DNA of 64,000 nucleotides, taken from Chloropicon primus (lineage: Eukaryota). Location: contig CP060766.1 in the NCBI GenBank assembly GCA_023205875.1, forward strand, positions 1-64,000, written 5' to 3'. The notes beneath the pieces were generated by a model. It saw only the letters and a program-made list of their open reading frames with translations, had not been told where the DNA came from and did not search any database. This document shows, one piece after another, positions 1-10,690 of the stretch (position 1 is its first letter; each line of letters opens with the position of its first letter). The translations under genes were made by a program, and so were the position numbers.

Positions 1-363
1 AAAAACCTAAAACCTAAAACCTAAAACCTAAAACCTAAACCTAAAACCTAAAACCTAAAACCTAAAACCTAAAACCTAAAACCTAAAACCTAAAACCTAA
101 AACCTAAAACCTAAAACCTAAAACCTAAAACCTAAAACCTAAAACCTAAAACCTAAAACCTAAAACCTAAACCCCCTAAACCTAAACCTAAAACCTAAAA
201 CCTAAACCTAAACCTAAACCTAAAACCTAAAACCTAAAACCTAAAACCTAAAACCTAAACCTAAAACCTAAACCCTAAACCTAAAAACCTAAAACCTAAA
301 AACCTAAACCTAAAACTAAACCTAACAACCTAACAACCTAACAACCTACAAACCTAAACCTAA
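1..363. repeat. Telomere, (CCTAAAA)n = (TTTTAGG)n, with degenerate proximal repeats
   Basis: Near-perfect CCTAAAA tandem array from base 1. Beyond about 170 it degenerates into CCTAAA, CCCTAAA and CCTAACAA variants. The C-rich strand on + marks a left chromosome end. Confidence 0.97.
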
Positions 364-663
364 GGAAGGACGACCTGGCCAAGGAAAGGAGCCGGAGAAC
401 AAAAGAAGCCTAGGAGAAAGACACCGTCGCATCATCCAACCTTTCCGTGGTGCCTCCGAGTCACCGCGTTTCCTAAAGCCTTGGGAGTCCTAAAACCTAA
501 CGCCTAAAAGGCCCTCTCGTGGGTCCGAAGTGCCTTGAGTAGGGTTTGCCCGAGGAAGGAAGGAAGGACGACCTGGCCAAGGAAAGGAGCCGGGGAACAA
601 AAGAAGCCTAAGTGAAAGACACCGCCGCATCATCCAAGCTTTCCGTGGTGCCTCCCAGCCACC
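363..663. repeat. Subtelomeric ~100-bp direct repeat, 2 copies, period 198 bp
   Basis: AGGAAGGACGACCTGGCCAAGGAAAGGAGCCGG...CTTTCCGTGGTGCCTCC starts at both 363 and 561 with scattered mismatches. A telomere-like CCTAAAACCTAA lies between the copies. Confidence 0.85.
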
Positions 664-1443
664 TCATTTTTTCTTTCTAGTATAGGTTTTAAGTGTGATC
701 TGGGTTTTAGTCAGCCCTAAACCAGGTCGCATAAGACGACGGATTCCAGCAGAAGAGTGGATCAGGGTAAGGTTTACGATTGGACCTCGTTATTCTCAGG
801 TGCCCTAGATTGCACTCCACCCGGAACAAGTTTCTTCATCACGGACTCCATTCACACATCATCATCATCATCATCATCCATGGAGGGCTGTGGTTTGGGT
901 TTTAGTGGTCCGGCAGATGGACCTCTACAGGTTCAAGGACTACGTGTACATACACAATATTAAAGGAGTATCCAAATATAAAATACAAACCCCTTCTGAC
1001 AAAGTTTCACAACCATCGGACACGAACTGGATCCGTCACTCCACTATTCGTACCAAAAAATAGGCCCTGGACAATAAGAGTAACAGAATCATATCATACA
1101 CACCTACATTACACGATCAAGTCACCATTTACGAGACACAAATGATCCAATCCACGACCAACTACCCGTAACACACCTCTCCTTGCCTTCCCACCCATGC
1201 CCACCCACTGCATTGCCCCAAGAACACCTCTCCTCTCCCCACCCCCCTGCACACCAGTGCGCGTGAACCATCACATTCTTTAGTTCCCCCTTTCGACCGC
1301 TTGATGGATCGCGACCTACCTCGGTCTCACAGAACAAGTGAACCTCCTGTTTCTTCTCTTCTCTTATTAATATTATATTATATCTTACATTGGCTGATTG
1401 TAATAATAATTCGTTTCCTCTCCAAAAGACCAACCCCCGCTGC

Positions 1444-3594
1444 TCACGAGACGAAGGAGACGAGGAGGTCCACCAGCTGGTCCGGGCACTCCTCGTGGCT
1501 GAGGTGACCGCAGTCCTGAAAGACGTGAACCCTCTGTGGCTTGAACAGCTGCCCGACCTCGTCCGGCCTTGCCACCGAATCGTGGGCTCCCGTCGCCACG
1601 AGCATACGGAAGCCGGTCCCCCCCTCGGGGCTCCTCTGCGAGACCTCCCTGGCCAGGCCGGCGTCCTCCCCACCGGCCAGCCTGGTGGCGGTGGCCTGGA
1701 TCCCGTACTTGAGGGCCCTCTCCCAGGAGTTGAGGTGCAGGGGCCTCTTGTAAAAGTGCATCCTCTCCGGGATGATGGCGGAGCTCCGGTAGCACTGGCG
1801 CCTCAGGGCCACCTCCACCTCCATCCTGACCAGGTGGCGCCTCGCCGCGGCCTTGATGTTGCTGGTGATCAGGTGCTCCATCAGCTTGGAGGCCACCTCC
1901 CCCCCGGTGTTCGGGTGGAGGAGGCACACGCTCCTCACGTCGAGGTTCCCCGCCCCCGCGTCCTTTGGTCCGAGCACGCGAGCCAAAGACTCCCTCTTCT
2001 CCCTGGAGGCCAGGAGCAGGGCCACCGAGGCCGCGTCGTCGTGGGCGACCACGTGGGCCCTCGTGATCTTCAGCCTCCGGCAGAGGCAGAGGGCCACGCT
2101 GGCGTGGGACAGGGAGCCGTATGGCACGAGGAGGTCCTTCTCCCCCTCCTGCTTCTGGGGCTTTGGCTCCTCTCCCCCTGTCCCCCCTTGGGCCCCGGCC
2201 TCGCCGCCGTCCTCGAGGTGGTGGTCGTCCCCCAGGGACTCCCCCCTGAGGGGCCTGGAGGAGAGGCCGAACCCGATCCTGTCCCAGACCACGCACCTCT
2301 TGCCGCTCTTCCTGGCGACCTCCCGGGCCGCGTCCGACCAGCAGCTGACGTTCCCGTAAAACCCGTGGAGGAGCAAGACGGCCTCCGTGTCCGCCTCCTG
2401 GTCCTCCCCTCCAGAAAAGTCATCCGGGGAGCTCTTGAACTCCTGGTAGTGTACGGACAGGTGGGGGGTCAGCTGGACCCACCTGCTGTTCTCGCCCTGG
2501 CCCTGGCCCTGGTCGTTGCTCCCCCCAAAGTCGCTCAGGTGGTCCTGGCTGCCGTGGCTCCCGTAACTCCCGTAGTCGTCCGTGCTCGTGTAGTTGAACT
2601 GTTCCTCGTGGGTCTGGCTCCCCTCTCCCGTGGCACTGATGCCGAGGCCGTACTCGCTGGAGTGGCTCCCGCCCGGCACGGGGTGGGGCCCCCGGTAGTC
2701 GGCCCACTCGTTCGAGTCGTACAGGTCCTTCTGAACATGATGCTTGGCGTCCTGGTAGCCCTGGTACCCGTGGCGTCCGTAGTCCTCCATGCTGTGCCCG
2801 CTGTCGCTGTGCACGAGAAGGCTCTCAAGCATCGCCCCCTTGATGCTGTGGTGGTCCCCGAGCCCGCCGTAGTAACCCGCGCCCCCCGCCAGACCTTGGA
2901 GGCCAGAAGCTGTCCTCGCACTCGTACCTGTCGGCGTCGTCACCAGCTGCAGCCTCCTCCTCCTGGTGGCCATCATGTCGAAGGTCTTGGCGCAGAACAC
3001 GTGGAGCGCCGCGAACCCGATGTTGATGAACATCATCACCGCACCGAAGCCCCTGAAGTTCGAGTACAGCTTGGCATCCTCGTTGTAGTCGTAGAAGCAC
3101 GCCTTGGTGACCACGAAGCCGAGAGAGCAGAACAGGACGAAGGAGGTGAGGTAAAGGAACTCCGTGCTTCCTTTGTTGACCAGGGTGGTTGTGGAGTTCA
3201 GGCTGAGGCTCAGGTGCGAGAGTGCGCCCTTTTTCAGCAGCAGGGCTTGCTCCCTGCGCTTCTTCCTCTGCTGCCTCCTCCTCCAGTACAGCACGAGCCT
3301 GGGCTTGAGGAAGGTGCAGAAGAAGTAGGCCGAGAAGAGCACGAGGCCCCTCGCCGCTGCGAGGAGGACCACGTCAAGCAGACTCTTCCTGAAGGTGTAG
3401 TCCTGCCAGGACCTCTCCAGCTTCTCCCCCGGCGGGAAGGGCGAAAACACGGCGTAGAGTCCCACGGAACACAAAGCGTCGGCTGCGCATATTGTTGTGG
3501 TCGCCAGTTGGGGCAATATCTTGAGGGCCAGGAAGGAAAAGATCAGCAGGGTGGCGCACACTCGCCTCACCCCTCCCTCCACGGACTTGACCAT
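1444..3594 (-). CDS. Alpha/beta hydrolase with N-terminal transmembrane region (plant 'HDD' nucleophile family)
   Basis: Motifs VLLLHGF, VWDRIGFGLSSRP, nucleophile elbow VAHDDA and CGHLSHEECP. Start set at MVKSVEG (3594) because the upstream part of the ORF is microsatellite. Confidence 0.85.
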   Translation of the reverse strand: MVKSVEGGVRRVCATLLIFSFLALKILPQLATTTICAADALCSVGLYAVFSPFPPGEKLERSWQDYTFRKSLLDVVLLAAARGLVLFSAYFFCTFLKPRLVLYWRRRQQRKKRREQALLLKKGALSHLSLSLNSTTTLVNKGSTEFLYLTSFVLFCSLGFVVTKACFYDYNEDAKLYSNFRGFGAVMMFINIGFAALHVFCAKTFDMMATRRRRLQLVTTPTGTSARTASGLQGLAGGAGYYGGLGDHHSIKGAMLESLLVHSDSGHSMEDYGRHGYQGYQDAKHHVQKDLYDSNEWADYRGPHPVPGGSHSSEYGLGISATGEGSQTHEEQFNYTSTDDYGSYGSHGSQDHLSDFGGSNDQGQGQGENSRWVQLTPHLSVHYQEFKSSPDDFSGGEDQEADTEAVLLLHGFYGNVSCWSDAAREVARKSGKRCVVWDRIGFGLSSRPLRGESLGDDHHLEDGGEAGAQGGTGGEEPKPQKQEGEKDLLVPYGSLSHASVALCLCRRLKITRAHVVAHDDAASVALLLASREKRESLARVLGPKDAGAGNLDVRSVCLLHPNTGGEVASKLMEHLITSNIKAAARRHLVRMEVEVALRRQCYRSSAIIPERMHFYKRPLHLNSWERALKYGIQATATRLAGGEDAGLAREVSQRSPEGGTGFRMLVATGAHDSVARPDEVGQLFKPQRVHVFQDCGHLSHEECPDQLVDLLVSFVS

Positions 3595-4182
3595 CTTCCT
3601 CTTCCTCTTCCCTTTCCGAGCGGAAGACTCGAGAGCACTGTGTCCCAGGCAGTGGCAGTGGCAGTGGCAGTGGCAGTGGGTGGCCCTTCCGTGTCTCTGT
3701 GTCTCCAGACAAGACAGAGAGAGAGAGGGGGGAGGGGCCAGGTGGACAAGGACAAGGACAAGGACAAGGACAAGGACAAGAGAGGGAGTGGCAAGGTCCT
3801 TCCAAGATCCAGGACAAGGACAAGGACAGGGACAAGGACAGGGAAAAGGAGGACCTTGGATGGGATGGGATGGACTGGACTTGGGCAAACTTGATCCTAT
3901 CTTGTCCTAGCATAGCATAGCACCACGGCAATCCACAAGGAGCTACACCGGTGTTGGAGGGAGGGAACGAGGCCTGGGCTCATCCCAACACGCCGAGTCG
4001 ACTTGGTTAGCCTTTCTGCAATTGAATCGGCTCAGTGGTTCTTCCAAGATCCCGCCTTGGAAGGAAGGTGGACACCAGCGCACGAACACACCAGGTGGAG
4101 GAGGGGATGAAGATGAAGATGAAGTTGAAGATGCTGATGAAGTTGATGATGAAGATGGTGTGTGAATGAGGGGGAGAAGCAC

Positions 4183-4509
4183 ATGGCGGGCACGGACGTG
4201 GAGAAGGACGAACTTGCGGAGGGGCACAAGAGGTGCGGGAAGATGAGGAAACTCGTGGCCCAACGTACGAATGTGCACAAGCCGGGGACCAGGGAATACA
4301 ACAGGCTTGTGGGGTTCATCAAGTGCAACATCAGGGAGGACAGGAAGGAGAGGAGGGAAGGAGATGGGGGTCTGCTGGAAGAGGCGTTCGGGGACCACCA
4401 ACGCTGCTTCCTATCGTTCATGGGCAGCGGGCAGTTCCAGGGGAGGAGCAACTGCGCCAAAGAGATGGAAGAGGTTCTGAAGCGCCTGGAAGACATCAGC
4501 AGCAGGTGA
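4183..4509 (+). CDS. Small Cys-containing hypothetical protein (~108 aa)
   Basis: ATG at 4183, coding-like codon usage, lies between two minus-strand genes. No recognised domain. Confidence 0.5.
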   Translation: MAGTDVEKDELAEGHKRCGKMRKLVAQRTNVHKPGTREYNRLVGFIKCNIREDRKERREGDGGLLEEAFGDHQRCFLSFMGSGQFQGRSNCAKEMEEVLKRLEDISSR

Positions 4510-4689
4510 TCGCGACGACGACGACGACGACCATCGGCGTGGCGTCGTCTGTCTGTGTTCTTGTCTGGGAAATGCAATTACATTATTATCAGATAAATAA
4601 TGATGAACCGTCACCAAAGGACGATGATCTACAGTGTCTGTTTGTGTGTGCGTGCTGCCGTCGCATTCGGCAGTGCTCAGGGCATCTCA

Positions 4690-6733
4690 TTATCTCATCA
4701 TTCCTCTCCCCCTTCCTCTTCCCATACCACCCATGCCGCCCATACCACCCATGCCGCCCCTACCGCGACCCATGCCCTGCTCCTGCTCGGAGGCCGGGTT
4801 CCTCACCGTCTCGTCCACGCTCAATATCAGGCAGGTGGCCTCCGTGGCGGCCTGGAGGGCGTTCCTCTTGACGAGGACTGGCTCCCACACGAAGGACTTG
4901 TAGGTGTCGGTGACCCCGCCGGTGTCGATGTCGACGCCAAAGTGCTTCCCCTCGTCGCTCTGCATGGCGTGCTTCTGCCTCAGCTTGTTCAAGGTCTCCG
5001 TCGAGTCGAAGCCGGCGTTGTCGCAGAGCTGCCTTGGAATCACCTCCAGTGCCTTGGCGAAGGCGTTGATGAACAGCTGCTCCTTGCCCATGAGGGTGCG
5101 GGAGTAGTTCCTAAGGACCTTGCTCATCTCCATGTCGACGGCACCCCCTCCCGGGACGATGGCGGCGTTCTTCACCGCTCTCCGGACGATCATGATGGCG
5201 TCGTGCATACTCCTGTGGGCCTCCTCGATGAACTGCTCGGCCCCGCCCCTCAGCACGATGGTGGCCGTCTTGGCCAGAGGGCAGCCCGTGAAGAGGTTGT
5301 ACCTCTCGTTACCGACCTGCCTCTCCTCGAACTTGTTACACTCGCCCATCACCTCGTCGTTCAAGTCGTTGACGGTGGACTGGACCATACCCCCGGTGGC
5401 GAAGGCCACGCGGTGCATGTCGTCCTCAGGGACGCGGCCGGCGCAGAACATGCCGCGGTCCGCAAAGTACTGGGTTGCGAGGTCTCCGATGGCCAGCCTG
5501 CTCAGCACCACCTGGGCCCCGGACTTGACGCACTTGTCCAGCTTCTCGTAAATGATGGCCCACTCGGCCTCCACGATCTCCTGGTACTGGGAAGGGTCCG
5601 TGAGCCTGATCTCTGCGTTCTCCTTCTCGCTCTTGAGCTCAAGCTCCACGTTCAGGAGCAGCATCTTGGGCTTGTCGAAGGACTTTGGCTGCTGCTCGAA
5701 GCCGGCGTAAGCGAAGGTCTTCTTGAAGGCCACTCCGTCCACCAGGAAGCTCTCCCTCAGGGTGCCTCCCACGACCTTCTTCACTCCGATCATCTTGAGG
5801 TCGAGGGTGTTCTGGTCGAGCTTGCTGACGGCGTCGACCACCATCTTTGCGAAGAACTCCTTCTCCCCCGCGATGAGCTTGGAGTTGAGCGAGGTCATGG
5901 CGCACTTGTGCAGGACGTCGTGCTTCTCCTCGACGCTCAGGTCCCCGATCGTGGTGGAGAACTCCTTGATGAAGTCGGTGGCGACCTTGCAGGCCTTTCT
6001 GTACGCGGAGACCAAGGTCTGAGGGTGGACCCCCTCCTCCACAAAAGGCTTTGCCTCCTTGAGGAGCTCGCCGGCCAACACCACGACGGTGGTGGTCCCG
6101 TCCCCGACCTCGCTGTCCTGGGACTTGCTGATGTCCACGAGGAGCTTGGCTGCAGGGTGGACGATCTCCAGGAGCTTCATGATGGTCGCCCCGTCGTTGC
6201 TGATCGTGGTCTGCCCTCTCTCGTCATACACGAGCTTGTCCATCCCCCTTGGACCCAAGGTGGTCCTCACCGCGTCCACGACCGCGATGCACGCGTTGAT
6301 GTTGCTCACGAGCTGAGGAACTCCTTGCGACGAGTCCGTCCCCTCCCGAAGCAAGATGATCGGGGGTTGCTACGCGTCAGCGTCAGGGGAGGGGGAGGGA
6401 GGTGAAAGAAAGAAACAAGGAAGAGCAAGGAAAAGAAAAAAAGTCAGTCCGTTGGGTCGAGGTCGAGTGGAGCGGAGTTGGGTTGGTGTTCTCCCCCTCC
6501 GCGACGAAGAGGAACAGATAGATCAAGCTTCGTATGGTATTTCGTGCGTGTGTTGTCCCCGTACAAGCTCGTCCGCTGTGTGTGTATGTGTGTGTGTATG
6601 TGTATGTGTGTGTTGTTGTCAGATCACTCCCTCCCTCCCTCGTCCTCCTCTGTCTCTGTCTCGTGTGTTGTTGTTGTGTGTTTGTTGTTGTTCTTACCAG
6701 TCCCATGTATCCTCCTGGTGCGAGTGATGCCAT
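4690..6733 (-). CDS. CCT7: T-complex protein 1 subunit eta; exons 6698-6733 and 4690-6369
   Basis: [27 protein letters not shown] and a Gly/Met/Arg tail. The GTAAGA...CTGAC...TAG intron (6370-6697) joins [12 protein letters not shown] in frame. Confidence 0.95.
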
Positions 6734-7305
6734 GGCGTGTGTGTGTTGTGTATGTTGTGTGTGTTGTGTCCCTGTTGTGTGTGTATTGTGTCTGTTCTTC
6801 CTGGTGGGTTGTTTCCCCCTTGTCTCCTGTGTCCTGTGTCCTGTGTCCTGTCTCCTCTTGTTCTCGTCGTTCTCTGTGTCTTGTGTTATGTTGTGTTTTC
6901 AAACCCGCCTCCCCGCCAACCCAGCCGTCAGAGAAATTTCCATACCGCAAGACAGAAGACCCAACACCAGCGCGCGGAACCACGCACAACGAGGAACGAG
7001 GAACGAGGAAAGAGGAAAGAGGAAAACACCTCACACAACATACACGGGCTGCACGCAATACTTCAACACACACACCAATACAATACAATACACAGGGACA
7101 AACACAAACGCATTCCGGGCCGTGCCGTGCCGTGCCTGGTTCCATCCCAGGGGCTTGGGTTGGGGGGGTTGGGGGGGGGAACCCAACGAACGAAACAACA
7201 CCCACACAACACAACACACGGACACACGGACACACAGGCGGACTTGTAAGACTTGTGGGACTTGTTGTTGTGGATTGGGAAGAAATAAACCCATAAAAAT
7301 ATAAA

Positions 7306-7635
7306 ATGGCGAAGCATCACCCGGACTTGATCATGTGCATGAAGCAGCCTGGCATTGCGATTGGGAGGCTGTGCGACAAGTGCGACGGGAAGTGCGTCAT
7401 GTGCGACTCGTACGTCAGGCCATGCACTCTGGTCAGAATATGCGACGAGTGCAACTACGGGAGCTATGAGGGGAGGTGCGTCATCTGCGGAGGGGTAGGG
7501 ATAAGCGACGCGTACTACTGCAAGGAGTGCACGCTGCTGGAGAAGGACAGGGACGGGTGCCCAAAGATTGTCAACCTGGGAAGCGCAAAGAGGGACCTCT
7601 TCTACGAGAGGAAAAAGTACGGGTTCAACAAGTGA
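7306..7635 (+). CDS. PHF5A: PHF5A/Rds3, SF3b splicing subunit
   Basis: [30 protein letters not shown]...FYERKKYG is the highly conserved PHF5 sequence. Confidence 0.98.
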   Translation: MAKHHPDLIMCMKQPGIAIGRLCDKCDGKCVMCDSYVRPCTLVRICDECNYGSYEGRCVICGGVGISDAYYCKECTLLEKDRDGCPKIVNLGSAKRDLFYERKKYGFNK

Positions 7636-7846
7636 CGCGAGTGCTGGTGGGTGAGCCGCCTTGGAGAACACACGCGCCAGCAAGGGGCTGGCGTGGAGCC
7701 GAAGGGGACACGATCGGGGCGGACGCGCTGAACTGAACAAGGGGTGGTGGCGGTAGGGTCGGGTCGAATAAAAATATAGGGTATTCAAGCAGATTTACTC
7801 TCTGATCATGAAATGAAAAGATTAGCGGTTTCGCTAGAGAAGCTGC

Positions 7847-9823
7847 CTAGAAGTGCATGACCTTCATGAGCACCTTCCTGATGAACCTGGCCTCCTGCGC
7901 CACCGTCATCCTCTCCAGGTTCTCCTTCTCGTTGGAGGTGGCCAGGGTGGTGTGAACCTCCTTCCCGTGCTTCTCCGCCTCGAGCAAAAAGTTCATCACC
8001 TCGTAGGCGGTCGAGTCGTTGATGGAGATCAGCCTCTTGGCCCCGTTCTCAATGAGGCTGAGGAGGCACCTCTTGCAATAGAACCAAGTGTCCGTCTCGA
8101 TCTTCTTGTTGTACGGCTCCAGGGACTTTATGATTCTCGTGACGCCGAACTCAAAGTTGCCCTTTGCGCAATACAACGTCCCGATCACGAGGTTCACGAT
8201 GCAAAGGTGGAAGTTCTGGGTGTCCGGCTGGTGGTACGTCATCCGCTCCTCCTCCTGCTCGATCCGCCGCATCAGGTCCTCGGCCTCCTCGTTCTTGCTG
8301 GTCATGATGTAAGCGACGCAAAGGTTGGCCAAGATGATGGCAGTGATCCCGAGGAGGTTGTCCCCGTGCTTCTTCACGAACGGCTCGTAGTACCGAATGG
8401 CTTCCTTGAACTTGTCGTCCTGCATGAAGAAGCAGTGAGCCACGTTCAGCTTCCAGGTCTCGTTCTCGCTGCAGAACTCCGCGCTCTGCCTGAAAATCTT
8501 CTCCACCTCCCCGTAGTTCTCCAAGTCCCAGTGCATGGAAGCCATCGCCATGAGGACGGGAATGTAGGCCTCGAGGGCGTCGTCGTACTCTGTGATGCTC
8601 TTCTTGATGGCCTCGTTGTCCCTCTGAAGCCTCGCGTCTTGGATCTGCTTGGTCAGCCTCCTCAGAAGGTCCACGTGCCTCTGAGCCAGCAGGTCGTACT
8701 TCTGGTAGGCCTTCTCCGGAGCGTTCTGGCGCAAGATCGTGGCGTCCAGGTACTCGTAAAGGATGGGACTGAGGTGCCTCTGCACCAGGTGGGCGTTCTC
8801 CGCCATCACATCAGCGGCGAGGTCATAGAACGCGTACTGGGGCTTGCAGTACAGAAGCAGGAGGTTCCCAAACGTCTCGGCAGGGGCCGGTGGATTCTTG
8901 AGCAAGAAGTTGAACTTCCTGAACCCTCCCGTAGGGTCCTCGTCCATCCGCATCAGGGCCTGGTTGTGCAAGGTCACCGGGTCCAGCTCCTCCTCCTGCC
9001 GGGGCGGCATGTCCGTCAGAGCCTCCTTGGCCGCTTCCACGTTCTTCATGGCGTACTCTATCGCACCCTTGAGGTTGAAGGCCTCGATCAGGGCAGTGTC
9101 CTTGAGCACGGCCGAGTTGCCCACGCTCCTCGCGTCGTTGAGGTTGTCCGTGTAGCTGCCCACGCTGAGCTCCGGGTGCTCCCTCACGCCGCTCTCCACG
9201 ATCTCCGCCAAGTGCTTCAGGGCAGGGCCGTACTGCTTCATGCGGTAGTAGCACAAAGCGATTCCGTACGCCAGGTCAGCCCGGTACCCCTGTTTGCTCA
9301 TAACTTCCCCAAACTTTTGCTTTGCGCCCTCAAAGTCCTCCTCCTTGTAGAGGCAGCAAGCCTTGCAGACCACGACGTCCTCGTCCTCCTCGTCCTCGCA
9401 CTGGTCCAAGATCCCTCGGGCGCTCACGGTGTTCTCCTCCTCGTACCTTATCCCCGCTTGAAGCAGGAGGGACCGCTTGTCCTGGCGCTCCAGATGGCCA
9501 GCAGCCTTGATGCTCTCGGCGTACATGCCCAGCTTGAAGAGGCACTGGGCGTAGTAGAAGACGTAGTCCGCCTGCTCGGGATAGAAACGGCTCAGCTTCT
9601 CGTAGACTTGCACCGCCAGGTCGAACTTTCCTGTCTGATAATACGAGTAACCCAAAAGGCTGAGTCCCGCTCGGTTGTCCGGGTTCTCTTCCACCAGTGG
9701 CTCCAAAGCCGCTAGGACGTCCTCGTACTTTCCCTCCTTGATCCATCCGTATATCGTGCTCGTGTACTGGCCGTCCGCTATGGCTACCCTGAGGGGCTGG
9801 ATCCCCATTCCCGCTTCCCCCAT
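7847..9823 (-). CDS. IFT70: Intraflagellar transport protein 70 (TTC30/fleer/DYF-1)
   Basis: DGQYTSTIY, TPR repeats, ALTDMPPRQEEELDPVTLHNQAL, HLCIVNLVIGTLYCAKGNFEFG. Start set at MGEAG (9823). Confidence 0.95.
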   Translation of the reverse strand: MGEAGMGIQPLRVAIADGQYTSTIYGWIKEGKYEDVLAALEPLVEENPDNRAGLSLLGYSYYQTGKFDLAVQVYEKLSRFYPEQADYVFYYAQCLFKLGMYAESIKAAGHLERQDKRSLLLQAGIRYEEENTVSARGILDQCEDEEDEDVVVCKACCLYKEEDFEGAKQKFGEVMSKQGYRADLAYGIALCYYRMKQYGPALKHLAEIVESGVREHPELSVGSYTDNLNDARSVGNSAVLKDTALIEAFNLKGAIEYAMKNVEAAKEALTDMPPRQEEELDPVTLHNQALMRMDEDPTGGFRKFNFLLKNPPAPAETFGNLLLLYCKPQYAFYDLAADVMAENAHLVQRHLSPILYEYLDATILRQNAPEKAYQKYDLLAQRHVDLLRRLTKQIQDARLQRDNEAIKKSITEYDDALEAYIPVLMAMASMHWDLENYGEVEKIFRQSAEFCSENETWKLNVAHCFFMQDDKFKEAIRYYEPFVKKHGDNLLGITAIILANLCVAYIMTSKNEEAEDLMRRIEQEEERMTYHQPDTQNFHLCIVNLVIGTLYCAKGNFEFGVTRIIKSLEPYNKKIETDTWFYCKRCLLSLIENGAKRLISINDSTAYEVMNFLLEAEKHGKEVHTTLATSNEKENLERMTVAQEARFIRKVLMKVMHF

Positions 9824-10690
9824 CCCCCCCGGAAGGCGAAGACGTCTCGTCCTCCTCGTCCTCCTCGTCTCTCGTCCCTCGTCCCTCGTCTGTCCTCCCC
9901 GGACGAAATACAAAATTCCGCGGGATGAATGCGAGGAGAGGAGAGGAGAGGAGGAGAGGAGGATCCTTTCGTTTCGTTTGGTTTGGTTTCGTTTGGTTTG
10001 GTTTGGTTTGGCTTGGGGTTCCTTTCGGTGCGCTCGGTTTGTCCTTCCCTTGGCTTCGATTAAGCCAATCCTATCCATCCCCAGGGCCTCCTCGACCTTG
10101 GGATTCAAACTCCAAAGATTGTCCTTGGGATCCCCACCCCTTTCTTTTCCTTTTCCTTTTCCTTTCCTTGGGTTTCCTTTCGTGGGGTCCCGAAGGAGGT
10201 GATCGTTGAGTCCCTCGCCCGGGTCTTCCCCAAGAAGGAAAAGGGATCCTCTCCTCCTCTCTTCTCCTCGCCTCTCTTCCCCTCTCTCCACGGGAGAGAC
10301 AGAGACTGGACACAGGAAGACCGACGAGACAGGCAACACGAGGGCCGGGACGCATACAACACACACACACACACAACGACGTCGCTTGTCCTGGGGGGGG
10401 GGCCGACATAACACCATTGAGACCAAACCAGGACTTTGACTTCGGGATAGGGAGTGGATAAAGGACACGACCGACCGACCGACTCAAGTATGCAAAGGAG
10501 GTAGTCGTCTGACACGCTGGACACGACAAAACGCGCACCACGACAAGGACAAGGGACAAGGGACAAGAGAGGACGGGCAACGAGCGTAACGCGGAGGGAA
10601 ACGAGCAAGGAGCGTAGAACCACGCACGCACGCACTGGGCTCTTGGGATTGGTGCTGAGGGAGTTGTAGACTGAAGAGAGCAAGAAAGCC

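Noticed and set aside
485..515. Telomerase RNA template candidate (CCTAAAACCTAA)
   Set aside because: It lies within subtelomeric repeats with no recognisable Pol III promoter, and a degenerate telomeric remnant is the simpler explanation.
2025..2060. Asp instead of Ser at the hydrolase nucleophile elbow (AHDDA)
   Set aside because: An HDD elbow is typical of a known plant alpha/beta hydrolase family, so it is not novel.
1390..3894. Long antisense ORFs (this 834-aa ORF and similar ones opposite CCT7, IFT70, the helicase, PrfB and others)
   Set aside because: They are shadow ORFs caused by high GC3 codon bias of the real gene on the other strand and show no domain motifs.
4690..4780. Gly/Met/Arg repeat tail of CCT7
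   Set aside because: This is a normal feature of CCT-eta C-termini.
6485..6565. TPP riboswitch in the CCT7 intron (GGGG...AAUACC...GAAGCUUGAUC...GCGGAGGG on the minus strand)
   Set aside because: It lacks the invariant UGAGA and the P5 UAAU loop, and the host gene is unrelated to thiamine.
6478..7304. Cys/Val- or Thr/His-rich ORFs in intergenic regions
   Set aside because: They are translations of (TG)n/(CA)n microsatellites, not coding sequence.
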